Source: Candidatus Latescibacterota bacterium (GTDB lineage: Bacteria; Latescibacterota; UBA2968; GCA-2709665). Taken from it: a DNA stretch of 64,000 nt. The notes below the pieces were generated by a model, which searched no databases, had not been told where the DNA came from, and was given only the letters and a program-made list of their open reading frames with translations. Numbering within the stretch: position 1 is the first letter of the stretch; each line of letters opens with the position of its first letter. Positions 57,169-64,000 of this stretch are shown in pieces. The translations under genes were made by a program, and so were the position numbers. The stretch covers positions 3,104,001 through 3,168,000 of the forward strand of contig OZ242180.1 of the NCBI GenBank assembly GCA_965205485.1, written 5' to 3'.

Positions 57169-58200
57169 ATGGCAATGCACCTGGTAACGGGCGGCTCGGG
57201 ATTCCTGGGAAGCCATATTGTGCGGCGGCTGCACGCCCTGGGCGAGGGCGTAAGGATTCTGGATGTCATCGATTCGCCGGATCGTCCTCGCGGTACGGAA
57301 TTCGTGAAGCGCGACATCAGGGACCACCGCGGCGTGCGGGAGGCGATGACGGGCGTGCAATTTGTGCATCACAACGTCGCCCTTGTGCCTCTGGCGAAGG
57401 CGGGCAGGGAATTCCGGAGCGTCAACGTGGAAGGCACGCGGATTGCCGCGCGGGCCGCGCTTGACGCAGGCGTCAGGCTGTTTATTCACACGTCTTCCTC
57501 GGCGGTTTTCGGCATCCCCGGCTCGTGTCCGATTACCAGCGCCACGCCTGCGGCGCCCGTAGAGAATTACGGTCGCGCGAAGCTTGCGTCGGAGCAGGAG
57601 GTCCAGAAAGCAGCGCGGAAGGGGTTGCCCACTCTGATTCTTCGCCCGCGGACCATCCTCGGGCCGGGCAGGCTGGGCATCTTTCAGATCCTGTTCGAAT
57701 GGATTCGCGACGGCCGGAACATCTATGTCATCGGCAACGGTGACAATCCCTTTCAGTTTATCCACGTCGACGACCTTGTATCAGCTGCGCTGCTGGGGGT
57801 AGAGAACGAAACGCGGGGCGAATTCAACGTCGGCGCCGACCGGTTTTCGACACTTCGCGAAGACCTGGGCGCAACCATCAGACACGCCGGCAGCGGGACC
57901 CGGATCGTGGGATTGCCGGCCGGACTGACCGTGTCTGTCCTGAAGCTCCTGGACGTTCTGAAAATATGTCCGCTTGCTCCCTGGCACTACCTGACCTACC
58001 ACAAACCATTCTATTTCGACCTATCGGAGCCGATGAAACAGCTTGGCTGGGAGCCCCGGTACGGCAACGCGGAGATGATGATCCAGGCGTACGACTGGTA
58101 CATCGAGCGTGGATCTCAGACACACGGCGCGGGCGCGAGGTCGATTCACCGGGACCCCGTGAAGCAGGGCGTGCTCCGACTGCTCAAATGGTTGTCATGA
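57169..58200 (+). CDS. NAD-dependent epimerase/dehydratase (3-beta-HSD-like SDR)
   Basis: TGGSGFLG, NVEGT, SSSAV, YGRAK, RPRTILG. Confidence 0.88.
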   Translation: MAMHLVTGGSGFLGSHIVRRLHALGEGVRILDVIDSPDRPRGTEFVKRDIRDHRGVREAMTGVQFVHHNVALVPLAKAGREFRSVNVEGTRIAARAALDAGVRLFIHTSSSAVFGIPGSCPITSATPAAPVENYGRAKLASEQEVQKAARKGLPTLILRPRTILGPGRLGIFQILFEWIRDGRNIYVIGNGDNPFQFIHVDDLVSAALLGVENETRGEFNVGADRFSTLREDLGATIRHAGSGTRIVGLPAGLTVSVLKLLDVLKICPLAPWHYLTYHKPFYFDLSEPMKQLGWEPRYGNAEMMIQAYDWYIERGSQTHGAGARSIHRDPVKQGVLRLLKWLS

Positions 58201-58336
58201 AACCGGGAATCTCGCCTGCGTGCAGCGATTACAGAATCCGGGAACTCCGGCGGGATTCGGTCGTTATTCCAATCAGGCATTCAGGACCGGGTGGACGGGT
58301 GTATTTCGAACAACCTGGCGGCTTGCTGAACAATAA

Positions 58337-58498
58337 GAAGCTGTTTTAAAATTACCGGTGAGTTCCCGAGCGCGAGCGAAAAAGCGGCGGTCAAGGCGGG
58401 AAAATCCGCCCATATTTGTCTATACGGGTGGGTTAGACCAACGCCGACCGGCGCTTTTGCAGCCGCGCGAAGACCGCTGGGAATTTTAAGACTGCTTC
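58337..58498. mobile_element. MITE family C copy 2 (162 bp)
   Basis: Same TIRs as 16633-16844; flanks TAA/TGA. Confidence 0.85.
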
Positions 58499-58503
58499 TG
58501 AGG

Positions 58504-58526
58504 CCCGGCGAAAATGCCGGGTTTTT
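58504..58526 (+). terminator. Rho-independent terminator
   Basis: CCCGGC-GAAAAT-GCCGGG followed by T-run. Confidence 0.7.
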
Positions 58527-58679
58527 TTCTGCGCCTTGACGCGAGAACATGTAATATTGAGGCAATCGTCATTAACTTATAAATATAACTTTGTTAAGGA
58601 TATTTTATTTATAATGAATATTTATAAATCGGGAATCATCCAATTCTTCTCGTGCAGATCCCGCACAGGAGGTGTCCCG

Positions 58680-60917
58680 TTGTTCGCAATGCGCATTCTG
58701 TTGCTGGCGCTTCTGGTCCCGGGCGCAGTCGGGGCCGCCACGCTGAGCGGATTCGTGACCGACGGCACCAGCGGAGAGTCGCTCCCCTACTCGAATGTTG
58801 TTCTGCGAGGGGATGCATCGCCGCTGGGCGCACTGAGCAACGTGGACGGGTATTATGCGATTCAGCACATTCTCCCCGGTGAATATACATTCGTCGTCTC
58901 CTATATCGGGTATCGCAGTTTCGTGGACACCCTCCGATTCTCCGGCGACGAGTTGCGGGAGCTGAATGTGCAGCTGGTTCCCGAACCGATTCTTTCCCGT
59001 GAGATTGTGGTCGAGGGTGACCCGTACGAGGCGGAGCGAAATGTGCAGACGGGCTTTGTCACGCTGGAAACAGAGCAGTTGCAGGAGTTGCCGGCGGTAG
59101 GCGAAACTGATCTTCTCCGGAGCCTTCAGTTGCTGCCCGGTATACAGTCGGCTTCTGACTTCACAAGCGGGCTTTATATCAGGGGTGGAGGACCGGACCA
59201 GACGCTGATCCTGCTGGATCAGATCCCGCTGTACAACCCGACCCACGCATTTGGTTTCTTCTCCACGTTCAATCCCGATGCCATCAAGGATATGAGCCTG
59301 CACAAGGGCGCGTATCCGGCACAGTACGGCGGACGACTGGGGGCCGTTCTGGACGTGCGCAATCGCGACGGCAACCGGAAGGGATTCGAGGGATCCGGCG
59401 GAATCAGCCTGATTTCCGCCCGGATGACGCTGGAGGGACCCGCGGGCAACGGCTCATGGATGGTCTCCGGCCGGCGGACGTACCTGGAACCGGTTCTTTC
59501 CCTGATCAGGGACGAGGATACCGAAGTGCCGTATTATTACTTCTACGATACGAACGCGAAATTCAATCGGGATTTTGGTGATGGCGACAAGCTGATGTTC
59601 AGCGGATACTTCGGACGCGACGACCTGGAACTCGACCTGGATGACGGTAGTTTTTTCAATGTAAGGTGGGGCAATACCGCGTTCACGGGTCGATGGACCC
59701 ACGTGTTTTCCCCAGCGGTCTTCGGCAATCTCGTCCTGTCAGGCAGCAAATATGAAAGCAACACGGAAGTGCGCGTGATCGAGACCCCCATTGAGTTTTC
59801 CAACGGGATCACGGATGTCACGGTCAAGGGGGACCTGGACTTCTTCGCAAGCAGCCGGCATTCCCTGAATTTCGGGTTTATCGGCACGTGGTTCGACTTC
59901 GCGTACAAACAGAGTTTCAACCAGGACGATCAATTGGATATCCGCGAAAAGCCCTTCCTTTTTTCGGCGTACGCGCAGGATCTTTGGCAGCCCCGGCCCG
60001 AGACGAGCGTGAGACTGGGCGCGCGATCGAACTATTTCACCGAAGGAAACAGGCTTCACGTCGAACCCCGATTCGCGCTGAGCCATGGCATCACGCCCGA
60101 GTTGAAACTGAAGTTGGGCGGCGGGTCATACAGACAGTACATCCAGCTGGTGACCACCGAGGTCTTCAGCGGCGGCGACGTCTGGGTGCCTCTCGACGAG
60201 ACCGTGGAGCCCGGCCGTTCCTGGCAGGGGGTGGCTGGCTTCGAGTGGGAACCGTCGAAGCGGTATCAGCTTTCAGTAGAAGGGTACTATACGGACCTTG
60301 CGAATCTTGTGCTTTTCGACAACAACGTTGCCGTCGGATCCGAAGCCGGCACGTCGGAAGACACGTTTGTGAGCGGCGGAACCGGCGTTGCAGGAGGTGT
60401 TGAGTTTTTCTTGCAGAGGCGCACCGGGTCAGTCACCGGATGGATCGGATATACACTGGGATGGACTCGTCGCCGTTTTCAGGAGTTGAACCGGGGAAAG
60501 CGTTTTCCGCCCAAGTACGACAGGCGGCACGATCTTTCTTTTGTGAGCAACTGGCGGGTGGGCAGGTGGACCCTGGGCGCCAATTTGCTGTATGCGACGG
60601 GACAGGCGTTTACTCCGGGGTCGGCGGTCTACAGGCTGCGGCGTCCCACGGAGCCGGAAGCAGGAATCAGGAACTATGCGCTGCCGGCCGACCGGAACAG
60701 CGCGCGGCTGCTGCCGTACCACAGGCTGGACCTGAGCGTCAAACGTCAATTCAGTCTGTTCGGCGTCGACGCGGAGGCGTACCTTCAGGTGTTCAACGTC
60801 TACAGTCGCCGCAACGAATGGTTCATCGAGTTCGAACCGGACGAAATCCATACCGAACCCGAGGTCGTGAAGATGCTGCCGGTCGTGCCGACGCTGGGTA
60901 TAAATTATGCCTTCTGA
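58680..60917 (+). CDS. TonB-dependent receptor with N-terminal carboxypeptidase-regulatory-like domain
   Basis: AGGAGG RBS, signal peptide, plug LPGI..IRGG..DQ, YGGRLG, YHRLD, NVYSRRN, C-terminal F. Confidence 0.92.
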   Translation: MFAMRILLLALLVPGAVGAATLSGFVTDGTSGESLPYSNVVLRGDASPLGALSNVDGYYAIQHILPGEYTFVVSYIGYRSFVDTLRFSGDELRELNVQLVPEPILSREIVVEGDPYEAERNVQTGFVTLETEQLQELPAVGETDLLRSLQLLPGIQSASDFTSGLYIRGGGPDQTLILLDQIPLYNPTHAFGFFSTFNPDAIKDMSLHKGAYPAQYGGRLGAVLDVRNRDGNRKGFEGSGGISLISARMTLEGPAGNGSWMVSGRRTYLEPVLSLIRDEDTEVPYYYFYDTNAKFNRDFGDGDKLMFSGYFGRDDLELDLDDGSFFNVRWGNTAFTGRWTHVFSPAVFGNLVLSGSKYESNTEVRVIETPIEFSNGITDVTVKGDLDFFASSRHSLNFGFIGTWFDFAYKQSFNQDDQLDIREKPFLFSAYAQDLWQPRPETSVRLGARSNYFTEGNRLHVEPRFALSHGITPELKLKLGGGSYRQYIQLVTTEVFSGGDVWVPLDETVEPGRSWQGVAGFEWEPSKRYQLSVEGYYTDLANLVLFDNNVAVGSEAGTSEDTFVSGGTGVAGGVEFFLQRRTGSVTGWIGYTLGWTRRRFQELNRGKRFPPKYDRRHDLSFVSNWRVGRWTLGANLLYATGQAFTPGSAVYRLRRPTEPEAGIRNYALPADRNSARLLPYHRLDLSVKRQFSLFGVDAEAYLQVFNVYSRRNEWFIEFEPDEIHTEPEVVKMLPVVPTLGINYAF

Positions 60918-60941
60918 AATCGAAACGGGTCTGGTGAAACC

Positions 60942-61871
60942 ATGATATCGCAAAATACGGTCGCGTTGGTATTGACGGCAGCATCCTGCCTCCTGGTCGC
61001 GGCCTGCCAGGCCGAACGGACACCCGAATCGTTGTACGGTCCGGACGCGGCGGGCGAACTCGTACTCGACGGACTGTTGATCGTCGGACGGCCGCTGCCC
61101 CCGGTATTCGTGACGCAGACGGTGGCCGCGGGCGACAGCGGCAGCCCGAGGCACGCCATGGTGTCGGACGCCATCGTGGAACTTCGGCAGGGTGACCGGG
61201 TCTTCCGATATGCGCGGGATCCGGACGCGGGTCCGTTTCAGTATTCGCCCCCGGCCGATCCTCCTTTCGTGGCGCCTGCAACGACGTACGTCATTGAGGT
61301 GGCCTCAAAGGGGAGGACGGCGCGGGCGACGACGGTCACGCCCGGGCCGGTCCGCGTGCGGGAGGCCGTTATTCTGGATCAGAGGACCGAAGCGGTGTTG
61401 CGAAGGCTGAAGACGTTTGCCGATCTGTCGGACGGGGTCTTTCTTGCGCCGGAAAACAGGGTGGTCTTCAAGGCCGGGTTTCTCGAGGCCAGATTCGATC
61501 CGATCGACGTGCCGGGCTATCAGGTCGGCATTGTGAGTCTCGACCGGGGCGCCGACGAGGTCGCACGGGAATTGTCCGAAGACTCACCGGAACGCACGGG
61601 AAGTTCGCCGGCGATCGAGTCCACCGAAGGGAGCGTCAGGCTGCCGTGGTTCGCAATCTACTTCACCGGGCGTCACCTGATGCGGATCTATGCGGTGGAC
61701 AGGAACTGGTTTGACTACGTTCGCTCGGGGCCGGAGGCGCAGGAGGGCTGGTTCGGCGGGCTGGCGGGCGAGAATTTCAGGCGGCCGTTCTTCCACGTGG
61801 AGGGCGGGATCGGTCTCTTCGGCTCTGCATCCGTGGATTCTCTTGGCTTCGTTATCGTCGAGGAACCCTGA
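60942..61871 (+). CDS. DUF4249-like lipoprotein
   Basis: Lipobox LVAAC; C-terminal HVEGGIGLFGS; directly follows the TonB receptor. Confidence 0.7.
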   Translation: MISQNTVALVLTAASCLLVAACQAERTPESLYGPDAAGELVLDGLLIVGRPLPPVFVTQTVAAGDSGSPRHAMVSDAIVELRQGDRVFRYARDPDAGPFQYSPPADPPFVAPATTYVIEVASKGRTARATTVTPGPVRVREAVILDQRTEAVLRRLKTFADLSDGVFLAPENRVVFKAGFLEARFDPIDVPGYQVGIVSLDRGADEVARELSEDSPERTGSSPAIESTEGSVRLPWFAIYFTGRHLMRIYAVDRNWFDYVRSGPEAQEGWFGGLAGENFRRPFFHVEGGIGLFGSASVDSLGFVIVEEP

Positions 61872-61888
61872 GCCGTTGTCCTGCTTGT

Positions 61889-62092
61889 GCTGAGCCTGTC
61901 GAAGCAAGCCTGTCGAAGGGTTTATGAATCGCGGGCATTTCGACATTTCGACAAGCTCAATGCAGGCATGCTCAATGACCACGCAAAATTCAGTTTGATG
62001 GACATCGAAGCGTCGCTGAAAGGAATCCCCTAATCTGCCCTGAGTCGCTCCCTGAGCTGCCACCCTGAGCCTGTCGAAGGGCTGTCGAAGGG
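61889..62092. repeat. REP-like cluster (CTGAGCCTGTCGAAG / TTCGACAAGCTCA)
   Basis: Four direct CTGTCGAAG cores plus an inverted copy at 61947-61959. Confidence 0.7.
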
Positions 62093-62189
62093 TCGGCGAA
62101 AGGTCATAGTGGACGTACGACGTGATGAAACCGTGGAAGCGTGTTGATTGCTGAAAAAAATCCGAATTGGAACTCGGATTTCAGTCAGG

Positions 62190-62215
62190 CCCGGCGGATC
62201 TGCCGCCGGGTTTTT
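62190..62215 (+). terminator. Rho-independent terminator
   Basis: CCCGGCGG-ATCTG-CCGCCGGG-TTTTT. Confidence 0.7.
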
Positions 62216-62216
62216 C

Positions 62217-63989
62217 TTACGGCAGCGGCCGGCCGAACGACCTCGCGAATTCGATGAAATCGGAGAAGTCGACCACGCCGTTTCCGTCCAGATCGTAGGC
62301 CGGGTCGACCGAGCTGAATGCACTCGCCAGGGCGACGAAATCGCCGAAATCGACCCTGCCGTCGCCATTGAAATCAGCCCGGGGATTGGCGTAAACGACG
62401 ACAGGCGTTGGGCGCTCTTCCAGAATTTCCAGCGTCTGATTGGGCTCAATATCCCTAATTGTCTGGACGATTCCACTTGGCCATCGGATTTCGATTGAGT
62501 CAATGGCGGTATTCCTGCCAATGCCAAACGTCGGCCACAGGCTGTTCTGCGAGAAACTGCTGCCCCCGCTTGCGACGTCGCGGATCTGGATCCTGCCGCC
62601 CGCGAAGAGACGGATTCTGGCGCCGATGGCCGACCGGTTGCTTTCCGTACCTTCCAGTTTGAGGCGGATCCAGTTGTTGTCGTCGAACTTTTCCGTAAAC
62701 AGCATCGGATACCCTGTCCGGAAATCCGTTCCGGCATTGGTGACGAAGATATCCACGTGGCCGTCGTCGTTCACGTCGCCGGCCGCGACCCCCACCGCGA
62801 TCGAGTTGGTGCCGGTGCCGTCAATCGTCTTGAGACCGAAGCGCGCCGTGGAATCGGCGAATGCGCCGGCGCCGTCGTTTATCAGAAGGTAGCCCGGATT
62901 GAGATACGCCTCGAGCATCTCGAAGTTGCCCACGAAGTAAAGGTCCTGGTCGCCGTCGTTGTCGAAATCCGTAAAGACCGTGCCCCAGCCGAAGTGCAAT
63001 TCAGCCAGTGTGTTATTCTGTGACACTTTCAGTTCTTCCGCGATGTTCCGGAAGACACCCCCGTCATTGCGGAAGAACCCGTGCAGATCGTACTCCTGGT
63101 GCCCCTTCTTGTCCACAAAGGAACCGCCCACGTTGGTGGCGAAAAAGTCGAAGTCGCCGTCCAGGTCGTAGTCCCCGAACGCGAGCCCCATCCAGCTTCC
63201 GGTGATGCCCAGACCGGCATCCCTGGTGACGTCGGTGAACCTCAGATTGCCGTCGTTCCTGTGCAGCCGGATGGGAGACCATTCCCCCGCCAGCGCGATA
63301 CCCTGGTCGTTGGCGGTGAAAAGGTCCTGGTCCCCGTCGTCGTCGTAATCACAGAAGCGGACGGACCATGTGTACGTCCCCTCGGTGCCGGTTTCGTCGG
63401 TAATGTCCGTAAACGTGAGATCCCCGTTGTTGAGATAGAGTTCTCCCGTGCCCACAATCCGGTTTCTTTCAACGCCGTCCTCGCCCCCCGCGCCGCCCAC
63501 GTAGATATCCACGTACCCGTCGTTGTTCACGTCTGCAAACGCTACGGTCGATGAGAAATAGTTGGAGATGATCCCTGCGCTTTCGGTTATGTCGGTAAAC
63601 GTCCCGTCGCCATTGTTCAGAAAGAGGTAATTGTGCCCGTCCGTCGCCGCGAAGAGGTCCGCGTCGCCGTCATTGTCGATGTCGGCGCTGGCCACGCCGT
63701 GGGTCTCTCGCTCGACAGCGACGCCTGCCTCCCTGGAGACGTCCGTAAATTTGCGGTTCCCCTCGTTCTTGAGCAGGTAGTTGCGAAATCCCTGCCCGTT
63801 TGCGACGTAGATGTCAAGGTCGCCGTCGTTGTCGTAGTCGAACATCGCGGCGCCCGGCAGCCCGCCCATTTCGTCAAACGGACTGACTTCGTGGGGAAAG
63901 TCGTATAGCAATGGCCCCTCGTTCTGCGCTCCCGCGGTGGAACAAAGAACGACGACCCCAACAGACAAAAACAGTAGACGTCTTTTCAT
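62217..63989 (-). CDS. Secreted CRTAC1-like FG-GAP repeat protein with ASPIC/UnbV domain and C-terminal dockerin/EF-hand-like tag
   Basis: Signal peptide; repeated DxDxDGDxD; NRSAIGARI...FGIG...IRWPSG; ADFNGDGRVDFGDF / DLDGNGVVDFSDF. Confidence 0.88.
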   Translation of the reverse strand: MKRRLLFLSVGVVVLCSTAGAQNEGPLLYDFPHEVSPFDEMGGLPGAAMFDYDNDGDLDIYVANGQGFRNYLLKNEGNRKFTDVSREAGVAVERETHGVASADIDNDGDADLFAATDGHNYLFLNNGDGTFTDITESAGIISNYFSSTVAFADVNNDGYVDIYVGGAGGEDGVERNRIVGTGELYLNNGDLTFTDITDETGTEGTYTWSVRFCDYDDDGDQDLFTANDQGIALAGEWSPIRLHRNDGNLRFTDVTRDAGLGITGSWMGLAFGDYDLDGDFDFFATNVGGSFVDKKGHQEYDLHGFFRNDGGVFRNIAEELKVSQNNTLAELHFGWGTVFTDFDNDGDQDLYFVGNFEMLEAYLNPGYLLINDGAGAFADSTARFGLKTIDGTGTNSIAVGVAAGDVNDDGHVDIFVTNAGTDFRTGYPMLFTEKFDDNNWIRLKLEGTESNRSAIGARIRLFAGGRIQIRDVASGGSSFSQNSLWPTFGIGRNTAIDSIEIRWPSGIVQTIRDIEPNQTLEILEERPTPVVVYANPRADFNGDGRVDFGDFVALASAFSSVDPAYDLDGNGVVDFSDFIEFARSFGRPLP

Positions 63990-64000
63990 CGGCGATTCCT

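Overview
GC-rich bacterial chromosomal window. GWxTD-type and TPR proteins, a TonB receptor with a DUF4249-like lipoprotein, heparinase II/III-like proteins and a C-terminal dockerin/EF-hand-like tag suggest an FCB-group organism such as Latescibacterota; this is inference only. It holds about 40 genes, mostly catabolic or envelope-related, and one tRNA-Thr(CGT). I see no CRISPR, prophage or intact transposase. Four things stand out. (1) A co-oriented cluster at 12.2-26.7 kb: TPR-parvulin, GT4, TolC, bifunctional IPCT/DIPPS-like NTP-transferase/CDP-alcohol phosphotransferase, MlaC-like, MMPL, then a repeat membrane protein, GMC and Gfo/Idh oxidoreductases and a short-chain polyprenyl synthase. 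It looks like a lipid/glycolipid synthesis and trans-envelope export system. (2) A short, archaeal-length adenylosuccinate-synthetase homolog with altered nucleotide-pocket residues, divergent from a LysR regulator. (3) Three families of non-autonomous MITEs, one nested in another, inserted at stop codons and promoters, including the tRNA leader. (4) Two apparently frameshifted genes (a sulfatase and a DUF218/YdcF-like gene). All product calls come from motifs read by eye, not from database searches.
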